Of a DNA stretch of 64,000 nt, positions 34,127-47,000 are shown in pieces. Numbering within the stretch: the first letter of the stretch is position 1; each line of letters begins with the position of its first letter. Source of the stretch: Klebsormidium nitens (lineage: Eukaryota; Plantae; Klebsormidiophyceae); NCBI GenBank assembly GCA_000708835.1, contig DF237193.1, forward strand, positions 60,434 through 124,433, given 5' to 3'. A program made the translations under genes and the position numbers. A model generated the notes under the pieces. It had not been told where the DNA came from and did not search any database. It saw nothing but the letters and a program-made list of their open reading frames with translations.

Positions 34127-37124
34127 ATGTCAGTAAGGAGACGCCTTGAGTTTGCTAAACTTGTTTTTCTAATGGCAGCGGGGTCATGCATGACGCACAT
34201 TTGGTGCAGGATCAACCGGCCAATGGAGGTTCTAGTCTTTGATCGTGTGGCCAGGGCATGCGGCGGCCGCTCTGGCCCCGCTCTTTGTCGGCGGAGCTTG
34301 AGAAACTCTGCAGCAAAGAGAAGTGAAGGAGTTGGGTCATTCACAACGGATAAGCGGCACATTTCATTTAAACGTAGGATGTTGGCGTCGTCTGATCAGG
34401 CAATCAGCAGGATGTTGCCGGCCCATTTGACAGTCTGGTTGCAACGGTGTGGAGATAGACAGCTAAGTCCACCTAGAAAAAGAGATGGAACGAGCACCGC
34501 AGACTGTTCAGCACTTCACCTCATGACCACCACCACTGTTTCTGAAGCATTCAATCAGATTCCTTCACTAGAGCGCCTTCAGACTTTCAGCCAAAGATCT
34601 TTTAAACTTCAGGGCCCCCTCTGCAGAAGCCTGCATAGCACAGTCCGCAGCCAACTAGCATCAACTCAAACGGACTGCCGAGATTATAGAGAAGAGCCAG
34701 CGCCACAGCTAGAGAATGTTGAAAAACCTCTGGCACCACTTAAAAAGCCGTACTTGGAGATGGACGATCAGCTGATGAGCTATCTTCTAGGGCACAATAA
34801 CGAGGAGGAGATCTTTGCGAGGCTGCGAGAGGAGACGGGGAAGCTGCCGGGGGCAGGGGCCTCGATGCAGGTGCGGTACGTGGCCCACTCTGAACTCCAA
34901 TTGTTTTTAATCTAATGTCTGAGGGGTTGCACAGAAAGCAGGTGCGACGCATAACCCCTTACTATGAAGCTCGTAGAGATTGTCTCAGAATGGACAGTTT
35001 GAGAGTGGACAAGACTTTTACATCTCGGCTGGCAGATGGCGGTGAACCTTGTACAGTTGCTCCTTGTTTTTACCAGGTATCGCCTATGATTAGTGACAAA
35101 TTCTGGATATCAGTGGTTCTGGTGACATGGATGCTGGGACACACGTGAGGTACTTCGCTTGTTTTGTGTTCTCTGTATTGGCGCTGTTGGTTTGATCTAG
35201 TCGCTGTGTACCGCATCAGGAACTGCCATATATTGATTGAGTTTCTGACCGGCGTTCCAACAGCGACCTCCCTAGAGAAGGCCAAGGGGCATCATTTTAG
35301 AATCATCTCTAACTATTGCAACAAACCAGTAAGCATCAACACATTAACATAAAGCACCACACCAAGGCCTTGCAAAATATCCGGGGAAAGCCTGCAGCCC
35401 AGCTCCGCTCGTTGAAAGCACCCTTGGAGACCAAGAATAAACCCCAGATTGCTAATCGCGCAGGTATCCCCTGAGCAAGGCAAGCTCCTGGCTTTCCTCG
35501 TCCGCATCTGCCAAGCGAAACTCGTCATAGAAGTGGGCGTTTACACCGGCTATTCGAGCCTCTCCATGGCCCGGGCTCTGCCTGCCAATGGCCGGTTAGT
35601 GGCGTGTGAATGGGACCCTCGGTGGGTCAAGATCGCGTCCCGCTACTGGGAAGAAGGGGGGGTTCGAGACAAGGTTGACGCAAGACTGGGACCGGCGCTG
35701 GAAACTCTGGAGGGAATGATCGCTGCGGGGGAGACCGACACGTGAGTGTAAAGGAGCTTGGGCATGGTGTTTGATTGGTCGGCGCGCAATCGGAAGCAGG
35801 AATGATGGTTTGTCGATGTTGATAGTTCTCATCAGCAGGGCGCACTGAGAAGGAGAGCGAAAAAGCGGTGTGCTTAGGCGTTGCTCGAAAACGCTTGCCC
35901 GGGTAATAAGCTCGACGGCACTCTATCCTGGTCTTCACAATCGTCAGATTGCTCTCTGAGGCTCCCACTTTGCTTCAATTATCTTGAGCCGCAATCACTT
36001 TGGAGCTTTGTTGGAAAGCTGACGGTCAGACGCTTTCAAAGAACGTCTTCTCTTGGTCGGTGGGAGAGATCGGACAGCCATCTGCCGCTCCCACCGGGCT
36101 CATATGCAAACGCGGGAGCTCTCTTTTAATGCCCATGCAACTTTCGCGACATGATTCTCGGTGTTCAGACTTCGTTTAGTCGCTGTTTCGATTCCGTTTC
36201 AAGACCGCACCTGGCTCGCATTCTCCGTTTTCTCTTTTTCAAGAAGCTGCACGAAATATGTTCTTGTGCACCCAAGTTTTCCCCTTCCAGGATGCACATC
36301 CACTTTGAAACCTTACGCAGCGACATGCTCCTTGCAGGTACGATATGGCCTTCCTGGACGCAGACAAACGGTCGTACCTGGCCTACTTCGAATGTCTACT
36401 CAAGTTGGTAAGTACGGCTTGTTCGGAAATGCGTCCTTGCTTGGCATCATTCTGACCGTTTTTTGGTTACGTTGCCATGTTGGCCCGTTCCGCAGAAAAG
36501 AGCGAGGGCGAAATGAGTTGCCGTTCGGTACTAATTAAGCAGTTTTGGGACCACGCCTGCATCAACAGCTCTGCGCATGCCCGCTCGCTTTCATGACTTC
36601 CAGTTGGAGAGAACTTCCCGAAACAGGGCAAGCTACAGAAGTGCTCTTATAGTAGCAACGTTCGATACGACACACAGAATGCGGATCCGGTTCTGTTCAA
36701 AACGTGCACTGCTTTTGTATGTGTGGATTAAGTTGTGGGGCACCTGCTTGACGTGGGGAAGACCGGTGTCCCGGGCTTCCCCACGATTCGTCTGTACGTT
36801 CTCAAGGCTGGATGCCGTAACTAGGTCACTCGAGCCCTACAGGATCTTTAACGCATGAATTATTTCCATCTTGACGAGATGTGCACGCACGAAACACGTC
36901 GAAAGCTCACTTCACAGACAATTGTTTGGCTGCAGATTCGGCCTGGGGGGCTGATCGTGGTGGACAACGTGCTGTGGCATGGAAAGGTCGCGGATTCGGG
37001 AGTCAAGGACAAAAAGACAGAGGCGCTCCGTCAATTCAACGCCTTTGTTGCCAAAGATGCAAGAGTGTCCACGGTCATGTTGCCGGTCGGTGATGGAATG
37101 ACACTCTGCCAACGGCTGAGTTGA
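34127..37124 (+). CDS. SAM-dependent O-methyltransferase, CCoAOMT-like (Methyltransf_3 family), with a long N-terminal extension
   Basis: Exons 34127-34870, 35464-35741, 36338-36407, 36936-37124. Motifs LREET...MQ|VSPEQGKLL, IEVGVYTGYSSL, YDMAFLDADK, IRPGGLIVVDNVLWHGKV and LPVGDGMTLC. The true start codon is uncertain. Confidence 0.93.
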
Positions 37125-38023
37125 CCTTAAATAGCATGTGGGTCAAAATCAATATCAACCAAGTGAACTTCCTCGGGCACCGTCACCAAGACATATTAGT
37201 ATGAACACGTACTGCGCACTGAGAAAGCTGCGCAGCCGCAATTGAAAACGCCGGAACCTTAGAGTTGTTTTACTGCAGTGGGACTGTCAACTGTGCTTGC
37301 GATCCAACATGTCACCTTTGATCCATGATTGATGTCTTGCCCAATTTAACATTCGAACGCAGAGCTCGGCTCGATCGAACCACATACGAAGGCGCCACAA
37401 TTCCTATAGAGATTGCTCGGGTTCACACATGTGCGACAGTGCCAGGTCGGATCTATGAAAGTAGCTGGTTGATGCTCCTACGTAATTGCTCTCTTGCATG
37501 ATCGATCGAAGGCGTCTGGCAGACTGATCATTCGAACATGCGCTGCCGTGCACTAGCGTCGCATTGAACGATCATGGGCACCATGAGCTGTCAGATCCCA
37601 TGCATCATGTTCCAACCGTTCGGCAAACTAATCGAACTCAAATCATCACTTTCGTTCACGTGTGCAGCTCGAGCTAACACATCTCAGATGAAAGCTTTCT
37701 CAGTGATGGATGGCAGCCACTCGCAGAGCCAGTGATGGTTGGCAGCCGGCATGGTCGAAAAGTAGGCCTCGCAGAAAAGCGCAGAGCTAGCAGCTATACG
37801 CCCAACTGACAACGTGCACGCCTTTCAAACACCCCCGTTGAAGTCTGCCCAAAAATTCTCAGATCTTGCTGGGTGCTGAAGCGGCAGTCATTGAAAAAAA
37901 AGTTGAGAACTGCAGTTGTCGTGCAGACGCTATGATCAGATTGTCGTTGTGCCTCCTCTTTGATTGTGAAGGTTCATCAACTTTGACCGTTCGTACCAAA
38001 TAGCAGATGGCAAGAACATTCAA

Positions 38024-41000
38024 CTACACGAGGATCCTCGATCTTACTGCAGCGGCTGCTGCTCGCCGGGCCAGAACCCCCTCAAGTTGACTGTTTCTTT
38101 CCGGGGACTTCACTTTTTCCAGTGTGGTGCGCTTTGATCGCTTGGGACGGTTCCCGGCACTTTCGTCCACTCCCGTTTCCTCGTCCTCATCTGAGTCAAC
38201 GGTCAACACCTCCCGCTTTGTTTCGGCCGCTTTCCCCGCAGCTCTAACACCATTCCCCACGTCACTTGGCGCACGGTGACGTGATGGTTCCTCCACTGCC
38301 ACGTCACGTGGTGGCGGCGTCCTCTCCTCCCGTTCATCCCCCCAACCCTCGCCGCCCGTTCCTTGCTCCTGGGATGGGGTCTCGCGCATCAACTTTTCCA
38401 GAGACTTCCATTTCCTCCGCTCGCCCTCGCTCTCCGGCACGCCACGCTCTTGCCAGAACCCAAAGCTCAGCCGGGGCCCTTTTCTCTCACCCCCACCCAG
38501 CCGCTCGCTATCCGCCCAATCCTCCGCACCTCCCTTCCCCCCCTCGCTCAGCGGTAGGCCGTTCTCGCCCCCTGCCTTCCACTCATCTTCGCTTCCCATT
38601 CCCTCGGTTCCCCCCTCAACACCCGCCCGCCTCTGCCGGCGCTCCGGTTCAAACCCCTCCGAATCCTCGTCCGGATCCAAATCCTCAAATCCCGTCAATT
38701 TGAGTCCGTCGCTCTTCCCGTTAGCCACGCCCTCCGCAAACCCGCTCCCGTTTGCCTGGCCACTCCCCCGGCGGATCACAGCCCCGGTCTGCAACAAGTT
38801 CGCTTTTCCCTTGGCCCCAACCAACCCGTTTGCGAAGCTCCTTGCGCTATCGCCAGCTTTCCCCCCGTTTTGACTGGACCGCCCGCCTCCGGAATGCACT
38901 TCCCCGTTTCTTGGCGACCGCCCAGTGCCGCTGGGCCCTGGCCTGGTCGCCCCCGCGCGCGTGCCCTGGTGCCCGGGAGGTCCAAAAAGGGGCGACCGGG
39001 ACGGCGCGCTGACGATCGTGCAGTCGTCATCTTCCGCTGGTGCAGTCGTTCCGCTGTCCGGCGCCGGAACAAGCTCTTGGGTCCTCAGACCCCTGCGAGG
39101 TTCACCGAGTTTAGTCACGACAGGTTTGCCGCTTTCAAACCCCGAGGGGGTCGGGCCCTTCTCACCGAGGGGCAGGAACTGAAAGCCGCTGCTGGCCGGC
39201 TCGGGGGGAAAGGCGCCCGGTATCGTCACCCCCTGAACCAGCTCATCCGACCAATCAGTCGGTCCCGCCGCCTCTTCTGCATCTGTTCCCTCTGCCTCAT
39301 CGTCTCTCCGTCCTTCGGCGAGGTAGTGTTTGAAGTCAGCGTCAATGTCGAGCGACGACCGGAATCTCTTTGTCTCCCGATCCGTCGATCGCGCGTCACC
39401 GTCCTCCGTCAGCGAGGCCCGGTCCGTTTTTCCCGGTCGCAAAAACCGGTCACTCGTCCCGCCATGTTCTCCGGAAGGCCCTCCTTTCCTGTGGTCGGCC
39501 AACCCCTCCCGGTCCCAACTCTCCGCCTCAGCGCTTGTTGATTCGCTTCTCTGATCGTCTTCCTGACTAAAGTTCTGAGAAACCGGCCCTCGCTCATGCG
39601 CCCCGGGCTCGAAAACTGGACTATCGGGCACTTCCGCGGGTCCCGGGTTATTTGCCTCGTCGGGCGCTAACCCGGTCGGTTCGTCCAGCATAACCCGGAG
39701 TTCCGTCGCCGAACCCTCCCCGTAACCCGGATCCCTGCTTGGCCTCTGTGGAGAGCCACTCAAAAGATTCTGGGTTGCTCTGGCTCTCATTCGGTCTATC
39801 TTTTTCATTTCCGGTTGCGGCTGCGCAACCGTTTCCAACTCGTTTCCCTGTCGCAATTCCGCCAGAGACTGCTCGGTTCGGACTCTGGCGTTAAGCCTGT
39901 CCAAAGCGTTCTCTGCTCTTTTCAACATTTCCTCGGTAGGACCGCTCATTGTTTCCGATCGGCTAGCGCCCTCCAGTTCTCCATCACCCCTAGACAACGC
40001 CTCCCCTTGCCGCTCCACAGCCTCAACCCGCCTCTTCGTACCCCCCAACTTTGATTCTCCGTCCAGTTTCTTTGGCGCCCTCAATTTCTGCAGAATCGTT
40101 TCAACCGGCGTTCGCTTGCTCCCACTACCCGCTTCAACGCCCGTCTCAGCCCCCCGGAGTGCGCCTTTCTCTGCCCCCTCCCCCGTTTGCCCGCTGGCCG
40201 CATCCCCCCGGGGCGCCTTGACGGCCTCTCCCAAAAAGTCCACCTCATTCTCGTTCTCCTCGCCGTCTGTGACGCAAGCTTCCGCGCCCCCGCCCTCGTG
40301 CGCGCTTCTGCTAGGACCTTCTCTCCCCTCCATCGACTCATCCCCAAAGAACCCCGCCAACCCCGCTGGCCTGTCCCTCACGTTTTCTTCTTCCCGACCG
40401 CCCGAACCCTTCTCGCCGGGGCTCCAGCTTCCCACCGGCGCCCACCTCGCACGAAACGCTCCCGGCGTTCCTGCCGCGCCTAGTTCTCCCAAGGACTCGC
40501 GCTCCGCCCCCTCGCGGCCGCTGCTCTCCACCTCGCCCCCTTGCGTCCTGCTCACAGCGCGCATCACCCCGATCGCAATATCCTTCTTCAACCTCGCATT
40601 GTCTGGCGCACTACGCGCCCCCGTGCTGCCGCTCCTCCGATGGGCCTTTTCCGTTCCCTGCGCAAACGAGCTGGGCTCTTCTGAGCTCTCGCGGGACGAG
40701 TCCGCATCGGCATCAGGGCTCTCACCTCTGTCCCGAGCAGCAAACCAACCGCCCTCTCCTCCATTTCCATCTTCAAACCGCCCTCCCGCCGCCCCGCTTC
40801 GATTCCCCTCCTCTTCCCGAGACCACTGGTCATCCCCTCTCTCTCCCCGTACGGCTTCCTCCTCGGCCCCGTCTTCTTCCCCCGCACCTTCCGCTGCCCC
40901 TCTTTCCGACCAGCCCCGTTCGTGCGGTGCTCCCGACTCCCCCGCACCGTCCTCTCCGTCGTTATCCGACAGCGGCGAACCCCCCAGCTCGTCGATCTCG

Positions 41001-44000
41001 TGCAACTCCCCCAGAACGGGATGAATTACCAGTTGCATTCCGCTCCGTTCCCCCGGCTCCTTCTCCCCCCCACTTTCCTCGGCTTCGCCGCCCCCGTCCA
41101 GAACAACCGTCAGCTCACGTACCTCTGACCGCTTCTCATCCATGCCGCGCTGCCAACCCTTCTCTTCTGAGATACCCTCAGATCTTTGCACTCCGTCGGA
41201 ACTGCTCGGACTGGCGGAATCAACCCCCAAACCGCGCCCGGCGCCAATCCCCCTACCGGGCGCACTCCCGGACACTTCCCGCCTCGCCACAGCCTCACCC
41301 TCGCTTCCGCTCCCCTCACCGCCGTTCTCGCTGGGGGCGGCAGGCGACTGCTCAAATTCCGAACGTCCACCCTGTGCAGAGGCCGTTTCCAACCCCTCTG
41401 ACCGTGCTCTCTTTCGTGGCGCTTCCGCATCAATCCGGTCAACCCGCGCATCGAAACCACCGCAGCTTCCTGCCGTATCGGACCGCTCCCTCTTGTCCCC
41501 ACGCCGGGCCTCCTCCTCCTCGTCTTCCGAGTCCGGCACGCGTTCGTCAGCGTCTCTCCGCCTGACGTCAGCACCCTTCTGCCGCGCCGCACCGGCCGGC
41601 TTCACCGCTTGGTTCAGCGTAGACGGCCGAACAGCTTCCGCCTTCTCCTCCAAAGCAATCTGGTCGAGGCGTCGTCTGTAGAAGGCCAATGGTCCCGACT
41701 CTTCTGACGAACCCCTCTCCTTCTGTGGACCCGCCGCCCCGCTTGCATCAGCCGCTCCCGCATCGCCCCCCTCGTTGGCCGCTCCCGGGCTCCGTTTCCG
41801 CTTCTGCGGGGACGGATCCAGGTCAACGCTGAGCGGATTGTCCGGGTCGACAGCCGCCCCAGGATCTTCCTTCAACGCAGCCCGCAAGTCCTCCTCCGTC
41901 AACGGCGCAGCGCGCGCGCTCTCCCGCCCGTCTGCGGCAGCACGCGCACCGTCCTCGTCCCCACTTGTCCTCTCTAACTCCTCATCGTACGCTGACGTCA
42001 GCACGGGCCCCCCTTTCCCCTCTTCTTTACGGGGCCTCTTCGCACTCGGTTTCGGCGCGTCCTTCCGCCGCGCCTCGGCGATTTCGTCCTCTGCCGGGGG
42101 GATCCCCCGGTCGGCGCGCCGCTTCTGCGTACCCACCCCGGCGTCGCTGCCGCCATGGGTGACGTCAGTCCAGAGCGCATTGAGGCTGCCCCGGTCAAGG
42201 ATCGCCGTGTTGCCCTGCGCTAGTTCGCCCGCCAGGCGGATGACGAGCTCGCGCAGGTACGCGCGCTTCACCGAGGCCTCCCCCGGGGTGAACCAGTTCG
42301 GCGTCATCTGAAGAAAGAGGCGGCACTTACATTAGCTCAAACGGGGAAATGAAAGCAAGCCATGTTCTCCTCCAAAGGAAGCGAAACCAATGAACTTATC
42401 TTCGTGAACTTACGTTCGTGCTTTGCACCTCTTTTCGTTTTTGATATCAGGCCGCCCCCGCATATTAAAAGATACAAACGACAACACCCACGGACGTCCC
42501 AATCTTGTACGACTGTAATCAGCAAGCGCCTTCAGATCTCGCTATTAAACCAGACGTCAAAACTCTTTTTAGGGTCAGAATTGCGAGCAGTCTGGAGAGA
42601 AATAAGCTGTCACATCGGTGTGCTGAACCCCAAACAATCATCACCCACCTTGTAATGGCCCTTCCTGGCGCTGCCTAACCGCCTGTCGAAGATCGGGGGA
42701 GGGTCCGCGATGAACTGCTCGACATAGTGGAGCAGGAACAGCCCGCAGTCGCAGTGATTGTCTTGCTGGGGGACCTGGACATGGACAGGGTGATGTCAGC
42801 AGCCACGTCAGCGGCTCACCAATGCATGGTACGGCGTTCAAGTTGCGGGGCTTTGGGGCGTACTACTGGGAGGCGTTGGCGACCCTTGAGAAGACTCTGC
42901 GCTTCGAAAGGCAGTATTACAAGTTCCTACCCTTAAGCGCGTATGATGCTCTTAGTCCGTCGAGCACTTTGATGTAGCTTTTTTGCACATGGACAATTCC
43001 AACTTGACCAAGTTTTCAGCAGCCTCAAACAGATGCCAGCACGAATTTGAGCCTTAGAACCGGTAGCCCCGATCAAAAACACGAGGAAGGAACAAAGCGG
43101 ATCCAAGGCAGATGCGAAGGCATTGCTCGAGAAACAGGCAGCTTCTAAGAACGTTCTGAGCCATGCTGGACGCAGCAAGTCAGAGGTACGCAAACGGCGG
43201 TCTGACTGCTTGCAGTTCGCTGTCTACGGAATTGCTCGGAGGATGTGGGGCCGAAAATTGGAAGCTGTGCAGCACCAAAGGATTGAGAACACTAAAAACA
43301 CTGATAAAAGCAAAGGATTGAGAACACACCTTGACTTGGATGAAGGGCATCGCCGTCCTCGAAAACTGTTGCAAGGGCTCGTTCCCCTTGGGCCGCTCTT
43401 CATCGGGGTGGGTCGCCAGCCAAAGTTCGGTCAGGTACCTGGACACGTGTGCAAGAAAAGCCATCCATTAGCCGCGTTGACCTTCCTAGGTAGGTTGACT
43501 AACCTTTCTGGTTAGCTTGGTCGACCCTGCTAGATGGCTGTGGTTGCGGCCAGCGAAAAACAACAACAGCAGTCTGCACCAAACGCGAAACCGGTGGATC
43601 TCCGACTGTCCCATTGCAGTTTTCAGTCCGGCATTCTTCAAGAAGCTGGTACTTCCCGCCGAGTTTCTTACTGTAGTTTCCGTATCTTTCATGAGACGAA
43701 GCGCTCCTGGATTTTTCCGGAGACTGAGCTTGTTCCGGCGCCCAGAAAATAACGTGAAGGTGAAAGCGTGAAAAGACTCACTGTCGCAGCAGATCCTCCA
43801 CGTTGGTATGCCCCCCCGCCATCGAGTCGAGCTGCAGGATGCACGGAGTCCGCTGACCTAACCACGGGCCGGCCAGCTTGCCGTTGATGCTGTCCCCGCC
43901 GCCAGGGTATACGATGATGGCCAGGCTCCAGTGCAAACTGCACAAAAGATCGGTGATGTCTCTGAGAAAAGTTTGGGCTGCACTTCCTTTGGATCTGACA

Positions 44001-47000
44001 AGGTTGATTCCACTGCGAACTGATGAAAGAATCGGGGACTCACGTTTGGGATATGCGACAATGGCAAGGCTCCGGCGCAAGCTGTACAGAGAAGCCACGA
44101 CCGTAAGTTTGATCAAGGTTCGCAAAGGAACCACTGGGATACGACAAAACTGCTCAGTTGAAACTTCAATGATCCTTCTCTCAGATGCAAAAAAGCAACC
44201 GGGCTCCCGTGCAAGCTGCAGTAAACACCACTGATCTCATGCAAGATAGAGTTCGTTGAGAAATTTCCGAAGAGTGTTGTTCCCTGAGGGATGCAAATTG
44301 CAGCAAGTCTGTATTCGCCAGCCATAGGCCAGGATCCAGCACAAGCTGAAGAGAACGTTGATGCTTTGCAATAGAAAATACTGGGGCCACAAGCTCCGAC
44401 TCATCAAGATAGTGTCTGAGTAGGGAGTATCTGTCTCTGGATGGTTTGAATTTTGAAAATGGTCTGAATGGGCTTCCTAATATTACGGAGCAATGGTGCG
44501 GGAGGTGCAGGACAGGAGGTTTGGTCAAAGAGCAGACCTGGACAAATGGAGACTCCTTTCAACTTAGGGGGCCGATAATGGCCGGCTGGCTTGATGCGGA
44601 TTCAAACCTCCGGATTTTGAGCGCCGGAGACGAAACTTTCAGCTAAAACGAAAAGGGACACAGCTACGAAACAAGATTCTTAGAAAAGCAGAACATCCGC
44701 AGTTGCAAACGGCACTCAACAATAGCCAACGCAACAGACACGGTGATTCGCGTTTCACTTCTACTACCAACGAATAAGAGGAAGAATACCAGGGAGGTGG
44801 TCAATGAGGAAAATCAGAACGGAAAAGGCGAGAGATTCTTCTCAAGTGCACTCCCCTAGGAAAGAATGCATGATGAGAGCAGGAAGGCGCAAGGGGCATG
44901 ACATCACCTCCATTGCGTATGGGCACCCGCCAAATCACCTCCGAACCAAACAGAGTAGTCCCGGACTTACTGGGCGCCAAATGCTTGAGCCCTCAATGTC
45001 CAGGTTCGCTACCCGGAAAAGCCTCAAGACCTTGTGAAAATAAGGTGACGTCCTGTCGCCTCACCTCTGGTTGACGGGCACGATGACGAAGTCCTTGAGG
45101 AAGATGTCGACCTTGCGTGTCCACTTGTTCATGCGCCGGAAGGCCTCCTCGCCCGACGCGCCCCGCTTGCGCGCCTCCTGCGCAGTCTCGGTCAGCTTCT
45201 TGAAGAAGAAGCTGTTCACGATGTGGATGCGGCCCGCGTGCTCGTCCGACAGGTTCGCCACTTGGAGGAACCTACACGAGAATAACTGGAATTTCAGCAC
45301 TGTTGATGAAGATACTCCGCGAAATAAGTTCACATAATCTACAGAAGTCCCGGCGCTTTAGCATCGCTCTAGTGGCAAGTGGCAATCTGGAGAAATTGAC
45401 GAAAGAAGGGGCTGGCAGATTCAAGATCGCAGCTTTGGAAGTTTCAATTCATCAGTGTCTTCATTTACGTTGTTCGCAAAACTTCCGGCGTTTCAAATAC
45501 GCTGTCGTCGTAGGGTTATCAACCTGGCAAGATAGGCAAATAATATCGTGCTGTATGTATTTTTGGGCCCAACTACTATTTTGTTCTTTGAGAGCCGAAG
45601 CAAAGAAAAGTTGAGGGTACACAAACAAGGTAGCAAAAGAAGAAGGTTGGGAGAAGGTTTGAACAAACTACGACACAGTTGCACATGTCGACCTACCAGA
45701 ATGTCCGCATAATCAGTCCCAGCTCAGCTAAGATAACAGATCGCACACTTTTTAGAGACGAAGTCCCTTAAGGCAGCGGAGCCTCGTGCAGAGCCTCTCA
45801 CCTCCATAACAAGCCTATTGGGATTCTCATTTCCACGCTATGGAACTGAGCCCAAGGAGTACATTGACACCTTCCTTACAGGCGGGAGCGACTCCAAGAA
45901 CAAGCTTAGCTCGTCCACCGGATCTTTGCTTCAGGTAGACCATGTTTCCAAGAAAAACAACCAACATAGAACCGTTTTGATGTGGATCTTACACAGACTC
46001 GTAAGTCAAATCACACCAATCAGCTGAGACCCGCTCACTTGATGTAGAAGTCGATGAGGGTATCGTTGAGGAACTCGTGGGGCTCCAGGCGGGCCAGGTC
46101 GGTGGTGGAGATGGTAACGGCGTCAGGGTCGTTTGGGGGGAAGTGGAACGTCTGGATGGACGGCTTCTGGTGGCGGCTGGGCCGGGTGTAGTGCCTAGGG
46201 GTGCAGCAGAAATCCGTCAGCAATGCGAATGGTTGTTAAAGCAAGTGCCGACCCTGATTCACCTCCAGGAGCTTTCGTCAGTCGCCGCCCGCTATTGCAA
46301 TCGTCGAGCAAGGATCTTGTTGGAGGCCGTCAGCTGGCTAAGACACTGATTGATAGCAAGTCCAATCGAAGGTTGACATTTCTCTGGGGGTATAATGGAA
46401 CACAGCAGACTCGAGCTCCTCGCAAGGCAAGCTAAGCGGCCCTGACGACTTGCGCAATTTACGAGAAAGAAGCGGTTCGTGGAAAACGCGCTAACATTCA
46501 AAGCATTCTTCACCAAGAGAGCCTGACAGACTATGAAAAGCTCAAACTTCTAAAGCAAGCCACCAGCTGTCCAATTGCTTTCACTACATCTCCAAGACCT
46601 GCCCGCAAGAACGCTGCGCAGCCAGACGGGGCGCATCCACGTGCAGAAAAACCCTAAAACCCTGAAACGCCTGCACTCTCAAACCATCAACCAGATGCAG
46701 CTTCTCACTCGCTCGCGAGGGCGGCAGCCCGCTGGCGCTGGTCGGCCTTCGGGTTCAGAAGCGCCGCGCTCTCCGCTGGCCGTCCGTTGGTACACTGTTT
46801 GATGTACTCCGGCCTGTCGGCAATGAAAATGACGTAAGCAACACGTACCGAAAGCGACTGGCGTGCTCGTGCGCGAAGAAAAGAAGCACAGCGTTAACCA
46901 GGGGTTTGACTCTGGCCTGCCTGTTGCCAGGGTTGCAAGCAGTGGACAGAAAGCGTCTGGTAGAATTCTCAAAGAACTCAGAAGCCTGGAGCTTGTAAGG

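Noticed and set aside
38266-42311. Many long + strand ORFs (up to 302 aa) opposite the protease tail
   Set aside because: Pro/Ser/Ala-rich antisense shadows of a GC-rich coding exon, with no independent motifs or splice logic.
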